DNA of 64,000 nt. It comes from an uncultured Candidatus Entotheonella sp. GTDB taxonomy: Bacteria > Tectomicrobia > Entotheonellia > Entotheonellales > Entotheonellaceae. Location: assembly GCA_965215335.1 (NCBI GenBank), contig CBDCDA010000002.1, positions 192,001-256,000 on the forward strand, given 5' to 3'. The position numbers and the translations under genes were made by a program. A model generated the notes under the pieces. That model was not told the origin of the DNA and searched no databases. It worked only from the letters and a program-made list of their open reading frames with translations. The stretch's first letter is position 1. The number at the start of each line of letters is the position of its first letter. This document shows, piece by piece, positions 30,779-41,696 of the stretch.

Positions 30779-31620
30779 GTTCAGGACTCATAACCAGAAG
30801 ATGACCGTGGCAGCAATACAGATGGCGCTGTAGAAAGTGTGCGCACAGCGATCATGGCGTGTGGCGATACGGCGCCAATCCTTGAGGCGACCGAACAGGC
30901 GCTCGATGAGATTACGGCTCTTGTAGAGCTCCGTGTCGTAGACAATCGGCTCTTTACGATTGGCACGGCCTGGAATACAGGGCTTGATCTTGCGCTCGGC
31001 AAGCGCCTTGCGCAGCCGGTTGCTGTCATAACCCTTGTCGGCAATCAGCACGTCGGCCTCCGGCAATGCGGGCGGCGCCATGTCTGCCCCGCGATAGTCG
31101 CTGACCTGGCCCGCAGTCAACACCATGACGACGGGCTTGCCGTCGCCGTCGCAGACGGCGTGAAGTTTCGAGTTGAGGCCGCCGCGGGTACGCCCGATAT
31201 GACGCGGAAAAGCCCCCCCTCAAGCAGGCTGGCAGCGGTGCGATGCGCCTTGAGATGCGTGCTGTCGATCATGACGGTCTCGGTGGCCGTGCTGTCGGCG
31301 GCCAGGGTTTGGAAGATGCGGTCGAAGACACCGGCCTTGCTCCAGCGCACGAAGCGGTTGTAGGGCGTCTTGTGGGGACCGTAGCAGGCGGGCGCGTGGC
31401 GCCACATCAGACCGTATCGAATGACGTGGATGATGCCGCTGATGACTTTTCGGTCATCGACGCGCGGGACGCCCCGCACCTTGTTGGGTAGCAGGGGTTT
31501 CAGGCGGGCAAACTGCACGTCGGATAGCCAGAAGCAGTGATCGGGCATGATGAACCTCCTTATGAAGTTAGGGTCTTGAATCCTACATGACCAATGATAC
31601 CCTTTTATAGGTCCTGAGCC
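30778..31620 (-). mobile_element. IS5-family (IS427-like) element, copy 1, 843 bp; transposase split into orfA 31117-31548 and orfB ending 30788
   Basis: Terminal inverted repeats GG(T/C)TCAGGAC, TA duplication at 30776-77 and 31621-22; motifs MIDST, ADKGYD, RNLIERLFGRLKDWRRIATR. Confidence 0.93.
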
Positions 31621-31690
31621 TAGTACTAGTGCTTGCATGAGCCACGCCACCGTAACCCGCTGAGGCGTTTTCGGAGGTCATCCATCTGCC

Positions 31691-33364
31691 ATGCCTGCTG
31701 ACCTGCGACAGACGATGCGCCAACGCCTGCTGGCTGAACGCGGCGCGGTCGTGAAGGAAGCGGGCGCCGTGCGCCTGCGCTTCGCACTGGCGTATCCGCA
31801 AACCTACTACATCGGCATGTCCAACCTGGGCCTGCAGACGATCTACCGGCTCGTCAACCAGCGCCCGGACACCCTGTGCGAGCGCGTCTTTCTGCCCGAC
31901 CCCGCCGCCGTCAGCCGCCACGGCTATGCCAACGCATCCCTGTTTTCCGTCGAGTCGCAGCGGCCCGCCAGCGATTTTCACCTGGTGGGTTTTTCCGTGT
32001 CGTACGAGAACGATTACCTGCATCTGCTGCACATGCTGGCCATGCTTCGCATCCCGCTGCTGGCCGCCGAGCGCGATGAGCGCCACCCGCTGGTCCTCGT
32101 CGGCGGTGCCGTGACCTACCTCAACCCGGAGCCCTTGGCCGATTTTGCCGATCTGATGATCATCGGGGACGGCGAGAACGCGCTCAACGAGTACCTGGAC
32201 CTGGCGCACGATACCCTTAACCAGCCGCGCCGCGACCACCTGCGCCAGGCGGCGGACATCCCCGGCGTCTACGTTCCGGCCCTGCACGACCGGTCCGGGG
32301 ACGTCGGCCCCATGCCGCCGCGCAAAATCACCGATCTGGCCCAATGGCCGGCGTATTCCACCGTTCTTACTGGCGAGACTGAATTCAGTGACTCGCTGCT
32401 CATCGAGGTTACACGCGGGTGTCCCTTCAAGTGCCGCTTCTGCACGGTTGGCTACGTCTATCCCAAGTTTCGCCAACTGCCGGGTGAAGCGGTTCTGGAC
32501 ATCGTGACTGCCCAGCAGCGGCGCGACCGCGATAACGGCCTGTCACCGGTCGAGAAGGTGGGTCTGATCAGTTCCGCCACCGGCGATTACCGCGACCTTC
32601 CCGTGGTGGCGCAGGGGCTGGTGGACCTGGGTATGGCCATCGGCATCTCGTCGCTGCGCATGGACCGCATGCCCGACGTGTTGATCGATTGCATGGTGCG
32701 CAGTGGCGTTCGCTCCTGCACCGTTGCGCCCGAGGCGGGCTCCGAACGTCTGCGGCAGCTCATCCGCAAGGAAATGAGCGAAGAGGTCATCCTCGAAGGC
32801 GTAGAACGCCTGCTGGCCTACGGTATGCGCGACCTGAAGCTTTACTCCATGATCGGCCTGCCCACCGAAACCGACGACGACGTGCAGGAATTACTGTCCC
32901 TGGTCTTCAAGATATGGGCGCTCATGAAGCACTACGGCCGTCCGCGCGGCGCCCTGGGCATCCTGACCCTGAGCGTCAATCCGTTCATCCCCAAACCCGC
33001 CACGCCCCTGCAATGGTGCGCCATGGCACCCCAGCGCGACGTCAGGGCGAAACTTCACACCCTGCGCCAAGCCTTGCGCCGCGAATCCACCATCCGCCTG
33101 CACCACGGCAGCCTCAAGGACGATTACCTTGAAGCCATTCTCGCCCGCGGCGGCCGCCAACTTGGCGCCTTCCTGCTCGAAACGCACCGTCAACGCGGCA
33201 ACTGGCCCCGCGCCGCCAAGGTTCTCGGTTTCGACGCCGCCGCTTGGGTCTGCCAATCGTTGTCCCGTGAAGCCATCCTGCCCTGGGATTTTCTGGAAAC
33301 CGACCGCCAACGCCAGCGCTTGCACCGCGAGCACGACCGCGCCATGGCCGTGTCGTTGGGATGA
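31691..33364 (+). CDS. Radical SAM protein with a B12-binding-like N-terminal domain
   Basis: YPQTYYIGMSNLG, EVTRGCPFKCRFC, APEAGSERLR, MIGLPTE, FIPKPATPLQW. Confidence 0.88.
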   Translation: MPADLRQTMRQRLLAERGAVVKEAGAVRLRFALAYPQTYYIGMSNLGLQTIYRLVNQRPDTLCERVFLPDPAAVSRHGYANASLFSVESQRPASDFHLVGFSVSYENDYLHLLHMLAMLRIPLLAAERDERHPLVLVGGAVTYLNPEPLADFADLMIIGDGENALNEYLDLAHDTLNQPRRDHLRQAADIPGVYVPALHDRSGDVGPMPPRKITDLAQWPAYSTVLTGETEFSDSLLIEVTRGCPFKCRFCTVGYVYPKFRQLPGEAVLDIVTAQQRRDRDNGLSPVEKVGLISSATGDYRDLPVVAQGLVDLGMAIGISSLRMDRMPDVLIDCMVRSGVRSCTVAPEAGSERLRQLIRKEMSEEVILEGVERLLAYGMRDLKLYSMIGLPTETDDDVQELLSLVFKIWALMKHYGRPRGALGILTLSVNPFIPKPATPLQWCAMAPQRDVRAKLHTLRQALRRESTIRLHHGSLKDDYLEAILARGGRQLGAFLLETHRQRGNWPRAAKVLGFDAAAWVCQSLSREAILPWDFLETDRQRQRLHREHDRAMAVSLG

Positions 33365-33543
33365 CTTGGGAGCCAGATGAAGGACCACGGAAATAGCGAA
33401 ACGAACCAGGCTTGACCCTACAGGGAATGCCATGCCTTGTCCGAACAGCGTCACTGCTCCCCAGCGCCGCGTGGTTGCTTTGCTTTGAGCGACTGGAGTA
33501 GTATGTGGTGCCAAATGTACAACCCATGCGTGGAGGGCTCAGG

Positions 33544-34674
33544 GTGGCGGACAACGTTTTTCAGGCGGCGATTGACATACTTGAAAGAGGCGAGCAGGCG
33601 GCGTTGTCGACGATCATTTCGTCGAAGGGGTCGCTGCCGATGAGCGAAAAGAGCAAAATGCTGGTGACGCCGGAAGGAAAAATTATCGGCACGGTCGGCG
33701 GCGGCTGTCTGGAAGCGGACGTGTGGACGGAGGCCCGCGAGGTGATGGAGGCGGGCAAGAGTCGCATCCAGAAATTCATTCTGACGGAGAAATACGCCGG
33801 CGAGAGCGGCCTCAATTGCGGCGGCGTGGTGGAAATCTTGACGGAGCCATTGCCGGAGCGCGGCCAGGACGTATTTCGTACCATTCTCGACCTCAAGGAA
33901 TCCGGGCGCCGCGGCACGCTGGCGACGATTCTCACCGACCATCCCGATTACCCGGAGGGGCGCCGCAAGCTCCTGCTCACCGACGACGGCGGGACGGTTG
34001 GTTCCTTGGGTGACGCCGACCTCGAAAGCTTCGTGGTGCAACGCGGCCAGGATGTGCTGAGGGGCGAAAACTTTGCCATCGAGTCCTACGGCGCCGCTGC
34101 CGATGGCACCCTGCAGATTTTTCTGGAGCCCGTTTTGCCCACCCCGACCGTGTGGGTCTTTGGCGGTGGCCACGTGTCATTCTTCTTGGTGCGTGCCGCC
34201 AAGCTGGCCGGCTTCAGGGCCAAGGTGATCGACGACCGCCCGGCTTTCGCAAACAAGGAGCGTTTCCCGGAAGCCGACGCCACGATCGTCATAGAATTCG
34301 ACCAGGTCCGAGAAGCGTTTGACTTTGGGCACGACGACTACGTGGTTCTCGTGACGCGTGGCCACCAGCACGACCAGCATATTCTGGCGCAGATTCACGA
34401 CTGCGGCGCCCGCTACCTCGGCATGATTGGCAGCAAGAGCAAGATCGCCAAAATGTGGCAGCGCCTGGAGGCCAAGGGCATCGACCGCCGTTACCTCGAC
34501 CGCGTGCATGCGCCGGTCGGCCTGAACATCGGCGCCGATTCGCCCGAGGAAATCTGCATCAGCGTCATGGCCGAGATCATCCGTGAGCGGCGCATCGGCA
34601 AGGTGCAGGCCACCCGCCACAAACGCAGCCACGACAAGCGCCGCGAGGCCGTTGCGGAGGCCGCGGCGTCGTAG
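33544..34674 (+). CDS. XdhC/CoxI-family molybdenum-hydroxylase maturation protein
   Basis: GTVGGGCLEA, GLNCGG, FGGGHV, DDRPAFAN, TRGHQHD, YLGMIGS, APVGLNIGADSPEEI. Confidence 0.9.
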   Translation: MADNVFQAAIDILERGEQAALSTIISSKGSLPMSEKSKMLVTPEGKIIGTVGGGCLEADVWTEAREVMEAGKSRIQKFILTEKYAGESGLNCGGVVEILTEPLPERGQDVFRTILDLKESGRRGTLATILTDHPDYPEGRRKLLLTDDGGTVGSLGDADLESFVVQRGQDVLRGENFAIESYGAAADGTLQIFLEPVLPTPTVWVFGGGHVSFFLVRAAKLAGFRAKVIDDRPAFANKERFPEADATIVIEFDQVREAFDFGHDDYVVLVTRGHQHDQHILAQIHDCGARYLGMIGSKSKIAKMWQRLEAKGIDRRYLDRVHAPVGLNIGADSPEEICISVMAEIIRERRIGKVQATRHKRSHDKRREAVAEAAAS

Positions 34675-34692
34675 GCCGCCGGGAGAGACCCC

Positions 34693-35595
34693 GTGCAATT
34701 GGTGCAGCTCGAAACCCGCCCGCAACCGCCGAAACCCTCTTGGCTGCGCGTCAAGCTACCCACCGGCAAGACGTATTCGGAAGTCAAAAGCCTGGTACGC
34801 CAACACCGCCTGCACACCGTATGCGAGGAGGCCATGTGCCCCAACATCGGCGAGTGCTGGGAGCAGAGAAGCGCCACCCTCATGCTGCTCGGCGACACCT
34901 GCACGCGAAGTTGCGGTTTTTGCGCCGTGCGCACGGGGCGGCCTGGCGTCGTAGACGAGCAGGAACCCGATCGCGTGGTCGAGGCAATTGCCACGCTGGG
35001 ACTGCGATACGTGGTGGTGACCTCGGTGAACCGGGATGACCTGGCTGACGGCGGCAGCCACATTTTCGCGGCGGTCATTCGAGGCGTGCGGCAGCGGGTG
35101 ACGGGGTGCCGTATCGAGGTGCTGATTCCCGACTTCAAGGGCAATTGGGAGGCGCTGGCCGAGGTGGTGGAAGCCGGTCCCGACGTCCTGAATCACAATA
35201 TGGAAAGCATCGCCCGGCTCTACGACACGGTAAGGCCGCAGGCCAAATACGAGCGTTCTCTGGAATTGCTGCGACGGGTCAAGGGTAGCGATGCTGCCAT
35301 GCGTACCAAGTCCGGCCTGATGGTCGGCCTGGGGGAGGATCCCGAGGAAATCGTCGCCACGATGCGGGATTTGCGGGACGCGCATTGCGACCTGCTGACC
35401 ATCGGGCAATATCTGCGTCCATCCCTGCGGCACCTGCCGGTGCAGCGGTTCTATCATCCCGACGAGTTTGCCGATCTCAAGCGCCAGGGCGAGGCGCTGG
35501 GCTTCGTGCACGTCGAGTCGGGTCCGCTGGTACGCAGTTCTTATCATGCATCAAATCAGGAAGCGGTGGCCCAGGCGCTGCATCTGACGGGATAA
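34693..35595 (+). CDS. lipA: Lipoyl synthase
   Basis: [27 protein letters not shown]. Confidence 0.97.
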   Translation: MQLVQLETRPQPPKPSWLRVKLPTGKTYSEVKSLVRQHRLHTVCEEAMCPNIGECWEQRSATLMLLGDTCTRSCGFCAVRTGRPGVVDEQEPDRVVEAIATLGLRYVVVTSVNRDDLADGGSHIFAAVIRGVRQRVTGCRIEVLIPDFKGNWEALAEVVEAGPDVLNHNMESIARLYDTVRPQAKYERSLELLRRVKGSDAAMRTKSGLMVGLGEDPEEIVATMRDLRDAHCDLLTIGQYLRPSLRHLPVQRFYHPDEFADLKRQGEALGFVHVESGPLVRSSYHASNQEAVAQALHLTG

Positions 35596-35672
35596 CTTGC
35601 GCCGGCTGCGACCCCAGCGGCATGCGTTCCTTCTAACGGTCTCTCTCTTGAGGGAGGGGTTGGGGAGGTCTT

Positions 35673-36506
35673 ATGAGCACGACCATGACCATCGAGGCGA
35701 AACTCGACAAGCTGTTGCAGACGCTGCGCGGCATGGAAAGTGTCGTCGTGGCATTTTCGGGCGGGGTGGACAGCTCGCTGCTCGCCAAGGCCGCTTATGA
35801 GGCGCTGGGTGACAGGGCCATCGCCGTCACCGCGGTGTCGCCGTCACTGCCGCAGGCGGAACTGGAAGAGGCGCGGGCGGTGGCGAAACGCATCGGCATT
35901 GAGCACCGCCTGGTGAACACGGACGAAATGGACAACCCGCGATATGCCGAGAACCCCGAAAACCGCTGCTATTTCTGCAAGTCGGAATTGTTCATCAAGC
36001 TCAATCCCTTGGCCGGGACCCTGGGCTTCAAGCACGTGGTGTACGGCGCCATGATGGACGACCGCGGCGATCACCGACCCGGGGCGCAGGCGGCGCGGGA
36101 TTACGAGGTGCGGGCGCCGCTCGATGAGGCGGACCTCAGCAAGGACGAAATCCGCATTCTGTCCAGGCGCTGGAACTTGCCGACCTGGAGCAAGCCGTCC
36201 TTTGCCTGTCTGGCCTCGCGGGTGCCGTACGGCCAACTGATCACGATTGAAAAGTTGAGCACGGTCGAGCAGGGCGAGGCGTTTCTGCGGTGGCACGATT
36301 TCCGGGTTTTTCGGGTGCGGCACCATGAGAACGTGGCGCGCATCGAGGTATTGCCGGAGGACATGTCCCGCCTCTGCGCGGAACCTCTGCGCAGCGAGCT
36401 CGTGGCACATTTCAAGGCCATTGGATACACCTACGTCACGGTGGATCTTGCGGGTTTCCGCTCGGGCAGCATGAACGAGACGCTGCACCAAGTGCAGAAC
36501 AGCTGA
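35673..36506 (+). CDS. larE: ATP-dependent sacrificial sulfur transferase LarE family
   Basis: AFSGGVDS, RCYFCK, DHRPG, KPSFACLASRVPYG, GFRSGSMN. Confidence 0.9.
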   Translation: MSTTMTIEAKLDKLLQTLRGMESVVVAFSGGVDSSLLAKAAYEALGDRAIAVTAVSPSLPQAELEEARAVAKRIGIEHRLVNTDEMDNPRYAENPENRCYFCKSELFIKLNPLAGTLGFKHVVYGAMMDDRGDHRPGAQAARDYEVRAPLDEADLSKDEIRILSRRWNLPTWSKPSFACLASRVPYGQLITIEKLSTVEQGEAFLRWHDFRVFRVRHHENVARIEVLPEDMSRLCAEPLRSELVAHFKAIGYTYVTVDLAGFRSGSMNETLHQVQNS

Positions 36507-36573
36507 GGGTGCTTCATTGTGAGGGCGTCTGATTGTCGGGTTACGCTGCGCTAATCCGGCCTACATCTGGAAT

Positions 36574-36882
36574 CTACTGCGGCAGTTCTTCTTCCGGGGT
36601 GGAAACGGTTTCGCGGGTGTCGTCAGGCGCCGGGTTCGGGACGGCTTGCGGTGTTTCGGGCGTAGGTGCCGGCAGTGGGGTAGCCAAGTCGACTTCGGTT
36701 TCATCGTAGCGGTACCGCTGCGCTCCGCGCGGATGATGGTAATGGGTGGCCGCCACAGATGGCGCACGTTCCAGGTCGACGGTCGTCCCGTCCGTCATGC
36801 TCCGGTCGCCGGGCTGCATGCCGGCAAGCAGCATCAGCATTCCCAAACTGCAGGCCAGACGGTATAAGTGGCTGTGCAACAT
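36574..36882 (-). CDS. Hypothetical exported protein with a Pro-rich tail
   Basis: Hydrophobic N-terminus; fills the gap between larE and tmk. Confidence 0.4.
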   Translation of the reverse strand: MLHSHLYRLACSLGMLMLLAGMQPGDRSMTDGTTVDLERAPSVAATHYHHPRGAQRYRYDETEVDLATPLPAPTPETPQAVPNPAPDDTRETVSTPEEELPQ

Positions 36883-37023
36883 GCGCTGTGGGCCTCCAAG
36901 CTGGAGTGGACTTTCACCCGGCGAAGCGCCGGAAGACAGGCGGCGCAGTATCCCATACCGTCCCGCCGGGACGCAAGGGCGTGCCATGATCGCTTTCTGA
37001 TCCTATCCCGCGACGTTATTCCC

Positions 37024-37659
37024 ATGAATCAACCGGCAACGCCGTGCCGCGGACCGCTGATCGTTTTCGAGGGACTGGATGGCGCGGGCAAAACGACGCA
37101 ATTGGGGCTCCTGTATGACCATCTGTGCCGGCAGGACCGCGACGTTGTGCGCCTCCGGGAGCCCACCGAGGGGCCATGGGGGAAAAAGCTGCGGCAGCTC
37201 ATGGTGCACGGGCGCGGCGATGTGACGCCGGCCACGGAATTGGAATGGTTCCTGAACGACCGGCGGGAACACGTCGATCAACAGATACGACCCGCACTGG
37301 AGCGGAAACAAATCGTGCTGCTGGATCGTTACTATTTTTCGACGATGGCTTATCAGGGCGCCCTGGGCTGCGACCCGCAATCCATCCGGGCGCGCAACGA
37401 GGCGTTTGCGCCGCCGCCCGACCTGCTGTTGCTGCTGGATTTGCCGCCCGAAGTTGGCTGGCGGCGTCTGAAGCAACGCGGTACGCCGTCCCATTTTGAG
37501 CGGCCGGAGTATCTGGAGCGGGTGGCCGGCATTTTCGCCGCCATGGATTTTCCGTATCTCAGGCGCATCCCGGCGGATCAGGAGCCGGAGGCAGTGCAGT
37601 CGCGGGTGTGCCGGGAAACCCGACAACTGCTGCAGCGCCATGCACAAACCGGGGGCTGA
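37024..37659 (+). CDS. tmk: Thymidylate kinase
   Basis: FEGLDGAGKTTQ, REPT, LDRYYFSTMAYQG. Confidence 0.95.
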   Translation: MNQPATPCRGPLIVFEGLDGAGKTTQLGLLYDHLCRQDRDVVRLREPTEGPWGKKLRQLMVHGRGDVTPATELEWFLNDRREHVDQQIRPALERKQIVLLDRYYFSTMAYQGALGCDPQSIRARNEAFAPPPDLLLLLDLPPEVGWRRLKQRGTPSHFERPEYLERVAGIFAAMDFPYLRRIPADQEPEAVQSRVCRETRQLLQRHAQTGG

Positions 37660-37660
37660 C

Positions 37661-38539
37661 ATGGTCGAGCACGTCGTCGGGCCGACATCGCATGTTTTTT
37701 ATTCACAGCGGCTGAAGCTGCACTACGTGGATTGGGGCAACGCCAGCGCGCCGCCGATGGTGCTCATCCACGGCGGCCGGGACCACTGCCGTAACTGGGA
37801 CTGGGTGGCACAGGAGTTGCGCGAGCAGTACCACATCATCGCTCCTGACCTGCGCGGCCACGGCGATTCGGAATGGTCGCGCGGCGGGCAATACGCCCTC
37901 ATTGACTACGTCCTCGACGTGGCGCAGTTGCTTGAGCACCTGCAATTGTTCCCCATCACGCTCATTGGCCATTCCCTGGGCGGCGGTATTGCCTGCCAGT
38001 ACAGCGGCATTTATCCCGACCGCGTCAAGCGGTTGGTTTCCATCGAGGGGCTCGGCCCGCCGCCCGAGCACATTCGCCACGGTCCGGCGCACCAGCGCAT
38101 GCACGATTGGATTGCTCAGATGCAGGCGTTTGCCGGTCGCCACGTGCGCCGCTACGCCAGCCTCGACGAAGCGGTGCAGCGCATGCAGGAGGCGAACAAG
38201 CATCTGAGCGCCGAGCAGGCGTATCATCTGACGCTGCACGGCACCTACCGCAACGAAGACGGCACCTACACCTGGAAGTTCGACAATTACGTGCGGTCGC
38301 AATCGCCCTATTCCTTCAACCTGGAGGAAGCCAAGGGTATCTGGAGCCGGGTCACCTCCCCGACGCTGCTGTTGCGGGGTCTGGAGAGTTGGGCCAGCGA
38401 CCCGATGCTGGACGGACGCGCCCAGGCGTTTCCCAATGCGCGCTGCGTGAACATCGCGCAGGCCGGCCACTGGGTGCATCACGATCAGTTGGACAAGTTT
38501 CTGGAGGTGGTGGGAGACTTCCTGCGGGAGAATGCCTGA
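37661..38539 (+). CDS. Alpha/beta hydrolase
   Basis: LIHGG, PDLRGHGDS, GHSLGG, AGHWVHHD. Confidence 0.92.
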   Translation: MVEHVVGPTSHVFYSQRLKLHYVDWGNASAPPMVLIHGGRDHCRNWDWVAQELREQYHIIAPDLRGHGDSEWSRGGQYALIDYVLDVAQLLEHLQLFPITLIGHSLGGGIACQYSGIYPDRVKRLVSIEGLGPPPEHIRHGPAHQRMHDWIAQMQAFAGRHVRRYASLDEAVQRMQEANKHLSAEQAYHLTLHGTYRNEDGTYTWKFDNYVRSQSPYSFNLEEAKGIWSRVTSPTLLLRGLESWASDPMLDGRAQAFPNARCVNIAQAGHWVHHDQLDKFLEVVGDFLRENA

Positions 38540-38586
38540 ACGTCGTCGGGGAGAGCCGTACGCAGAAAGGAGGAAGGAGGGTTGTC

Positions 38587-39483
38587 ATGGACGCGCTGCG
38601 AATTGAGAAAGACCTGTCAGGCTTGCGCCAGCCGCATCTTCTGTTGACTTTCTCGGGCTGGAGCGATGCCGCCGGGGTTGCCACCGCGGCGGGCCGTTTT
38701 CTGGTCGAGCACCTGGACGCGAAGCGCATCGCCCGGATTGACCCGGAGGATTTCTACAGCTTCACCGACCAGCGGCCGCAGGCGCAATACAACGAGAATG
38801 ATCAGCGAGAGATCATCTGGCCGGCGAACGAATTCTTTCTCAGCCGCCAGCCGCAGCTTGAGCACGACGTGATGATCGGGGTCGGCGTCGAGCCGCACCT
38901 CAAGTGGCGCACGTTTACCGACTTGATGATGGACCTGACACAGCGCTGCAACGTGTTCCAGACCGTCACCCTGGGTGCGCTGTGGGCCGACGTGCTGTAT
39001 TCGGCGCCGGTGCGGTTTTCCGGTTCGGCGACCGATCCCGAACTGTCACGTGCATTGGGTCTGGGCACCGGCTCGCGCTACGAGGGGCCCACGGGAATGA
39101 TCGGCGTCCTGCATGACAAGCTGCGCCGCAACCAATTCACCTCGGCCAGTCTTTGGGCCAACATGCCGTACTACATTTCCGTCACGCCGAACCCCAAGGG
39201 CATGCTCGCCCTGGTGCGGCGCGGCCTGGAAATCGTCGGACTGCCGGCGGACTTTTCGGACCTCGAAGAGGAAACGCGGGAGTTTGAAGAACGGGTTGCC
39301 GAGGCGATTGCTCAGGACCCCAAGATCGCCGCCCACGTGAGAAAGCTCGAACGCCGGCAGACACGCGCCGACTCGGGGCCTCTGCTGCTGCCGGAACCGG
39401 AAGACGCCGTCAGCGGCGACGACCTAGCCGCCGAGCTGCAGCGCTACCTGCGCGAGCAGCGCGGCGAGTCGGAGGAAGGATAG
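38587..39483 (+). CDS. PAC2 (proteasome assembly chaperone-like) family protein
   Basis: FSGWSDAA, IDPEDFYSFT..RP, GVEPHLKW, YEGPTGMIGVL, WANMPYY...PNPK. Confidence 0.85.
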   Translation: MDALRIEKDLSGLRQPHLLLTFSGWSDAAGVATAAGRFLVEHLDAKRIARIDPEDFYSFTDQRPQAQYNENDQREIIWPANEFFLSRQPQLEHDVMIGVGVEPHLKWRTFTDLMMDLTQRCNVFQTVTLGALWADVLYSAPVRFSGSATDPELSRALGLGTGSRYEGPTGMIGVLHDKLRRNQFTSASLWANMPYYISVTPNPKGMLALVRRGLEIVGLPADFSDLEEETREFEERVAEAIAQDPKIAAHVRKLERRQTRADSGPLLLPEPEDAVSGDDLAAELQRYLREQRGESEEG

Positions 39484-39492
39484 GCGCGCGGC

Positions 39493-40593
39493 TTATCTGA
39501 CCACCTGCACCTTTTCCCGCTCCACCAAGGCCCAGTCGATCTCATACCCCAGGCCCGGCTTTTCGGGCGCATAGACGTATCCCTGAGCATCCACCTCGAT
39601 GTCCTCCACCAGCGCAAACTTGTTGGCACCGCTGGCCGGGAACACCTCGTAATAATCGCAGTTGGGGATGGCCATGGTGACGTGCAAGTTGGCGACGTTG
39701 TTGAGCGAATTGCCGCCGTGGTGAATCTCGCACTTCATGCGGAACGCCTCGGCCAGGTGGGCGATTTTGACCAATGGGGTGATGCCACCCGTCACCGCCA
39801 CGTCGCCGCGCAGAATGTCGGTGGCCATCTGTTGCACCCATTGTGCCATGCCGTACAGGCGGCCGGGGGCGTATTCGGTGGACATGATGGGGATGTCCAT
39901 TTTATTGCGCAGCTTGACGTAGTTGTAGATGTCTTCCTCGACGAGCGGATCTTCGTACCAGAAGTAATTCAGCGCCTCGATGGCGCGTCCCACCCGCACG
40001 GCGTCTTCATAGCCGTACGCCCACATGGAGTCCAGCATCAGAACCATGTCGTTGCCGACGGCGCGGCGCACTGCCTGGCAGATTTTGATATCGTCCGGCG
40101 GCACGCCGTGGGGATGAATCTTGTAGGCGGGCCATCCCAGGGCCTGAAAGTGGCAGGCTTCCTCACCGTAGGCTTCGGGGGTCGGCAGCCATTCCGAACT
40201 GGCGTAGGCCGGCACGCGGTCGCGGCAGGTTCCCAGCAGGCGGTGGATGGGCAGACCGGCCACCTTGCCGGCGATGTCCCACAGGGCGACGTCCACCGCG
40301 CCGATAGAATTGGTGGATACCGATCGGTTCATCTTCCACATGCGCTGCCAGATGGCGCCGCTGTCCAGGGGATTGGCGCCCACGATGGCCGGCTTGATGA
40401 ATTCCATCAGCGGCCCCGCGTGCGCGTCGGCACCCTGCCGCGAGGAGCCGAGAAAGGCATGTCCCTCCACGCCCCCGTCGGTATGCACCGTCAACACGCC
40501 CAAAAGCCTGGTGCCCCCGAAAGAGCCGCTTCCCGTCCGCCATTGGGGACTGTTCCAGTTAAACATGGTGACGCTTACATCGGTGATTTTCAC
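39493..40593 (-). CDS. Mandelate racemase/muconate lactonizing enzyme family
   Basis: GAVDVALWDIAGK..GLPIH.LLG, YKIH, MLD, WYEDP, PEKPGLG; GTG start after AGGAGG. Confidence 0.88.
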   Translation of the reverse strand: MKITDVSVTMFNWNSPQWRTGSGSFGGTRLLGVLTVHTDGGVEGHAFLGSSRQGADAHAGPLMEFIKPAIVGANPLDSGAIWQRMWKMNRSVSTNSIGAVDVALWDIAGKVAGLPIHRLLGTCRDRVPAYASSEWLPTPEAYGEEACHFQALGWPAYKIHPHGVPPDDIKICQAVRRAVGNDMVLMLDSMWAYGYEDAVRVGRAIEALNYFWYEDPLVEEDIYNYVKLRNKMDIPIMSTEYAPGRLYGMAQWVQQMATDILRGDVAVTGGITPLVKIAHLAEAFRMKCEIHHGGNSLNNVANLHVTMAIPNCDYYEVFPASGANKFALVEDIEVDAQGYVYAPEKPGLGYEIDWALVEREKVQVVR

Positions 40594-40724
40594 GCCTTGC
40601 CTCCTTGTGACGAACGGTTCGTACCCGTACCTGAACGATGGGCCTTGAGAAGCGCGGACATCATAGCCGAAGGGCTTGCCGGTTGCCAGACGGCGGCCTT
40701 GCCCGGCGAAGGCGAAAGACAGCC

Positions 40725-41696
40725 ATGATGGATCAGCCGGACACCTCTGATTATCCAATTCGCGTCGGTGTTTCTGCCTGTCTGTTGGGTCAACGGGTGC
40801 GCTACGATGGTGGGCACAAGGCCGACCCCTTCATGATCGAGACGCTGGGGCGGTATGTCTGCTGGGTGCCCGTCTGTCCGGAAATGGAAATCGGCCTCGG
40901 CGCACCGCGAGAGGCCCTGCGTCTGCAGGGCGACGCGGCGGTGCCGAGCCTGATCGCCACGGTGTCGGAACGCGACCACACGGCGCGCATGCAACGCTTT
41001 GCAGCACAACGCCTGTCGCAACTCGCCGAGCTGGGATTGCATGGCTATATCCTGAAGAAGAATTCGCCATCATGCGGCATGACGGGGGTACGGGTTTACG
41101 GCTCGTCGGGAAGCCCGCGACGCAGCGGGCGGGGCCTGTTCGCCCGGGATCTGATGGCACGGCTGCCGTGGCTGCCGGTGGAAGAAGAAGGCCGCTTGCA
41201 GGATGCGGGGCTGCGGGAGCATTTCGTCGAGCGGGTATATGCCTGCCATCGCTGGCGTGGATTCCTGGCGTTGAATCCGGCGCCGCACGACATGGTGTGG
41301 TTCCACACGCGGAACAAGCTGTCGCTGATGGCGCACAGCAGGTCGCATGACCAGGCGCTCGGACGTCTGGTGGCGCGGTGCGGCGAGGGGCTGAGCGAAG
41401 AGTTTCTGGGCGCTTACGGCGGCCTGTTCATGGCCGCGCTGAAGGTCAGGGCGGCCCGCAAGAAGCATGCCAACGTTCTGTCCCATATCCAAGGGTATCT
41501 CAAACGGCACCTCGGCAAGTCTGAAAAAGCCGCTTTGACGGCCTGCATCGACGATTACCGGCAAGGACTCGTGCCGCTGACCGTGCCGCTGGACTTGCTG
41601 CGAGATCATTTCCGTTGCTACCCGTGTCCGTACGTGGAAGCGCAGACCTACCTGAATCCTTATCCCGACGACCTGATGCGATTGCTGCACGCCTGA
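40725..41696 (+). CDS. DUF523/DUF1722 (YbgA-like) protein
   Basis: GVSACLLGQRVRYDGGH, CPEMEIGLG.PRE, KKNSPSCG, EEEGRL, QTYLNPYP. Confidence 0.9.
   Translation: MMDQPDTSDYPIRVGVSACLLGQRVRYDGGHKADPFMIETLGRYVCWVPVCPEMEIGLGAPREALRLQGDAAVPSLIATVSERDHTARMQRFAAQRLSQLAELGLHGYILKKNSPSCGMTGVRVYGSSGSPRRSGRGLFARDLMARLPWLPVEEEGRLQDAGLREHFVERVYACHRWRGFLALNPAPHDMVWFHTRNKLSLMAHSRSHDQALGRLVARCGEGLSEEFLGAYGGLFMAALKVRAARKKHANVLSHIQGYLKRHLGKSEKAALTACIDDYRQGLVPLTVPLDLLRDHFRCYPCPYVEAQTYLNPYPDDLMRLLHA

Noticed and set aside
33365..33543. Moco/Wco riboswitch or 6S RNA upstream of xdhC
   Set aside because: No recognisable consensus or convincing long stems by eye.
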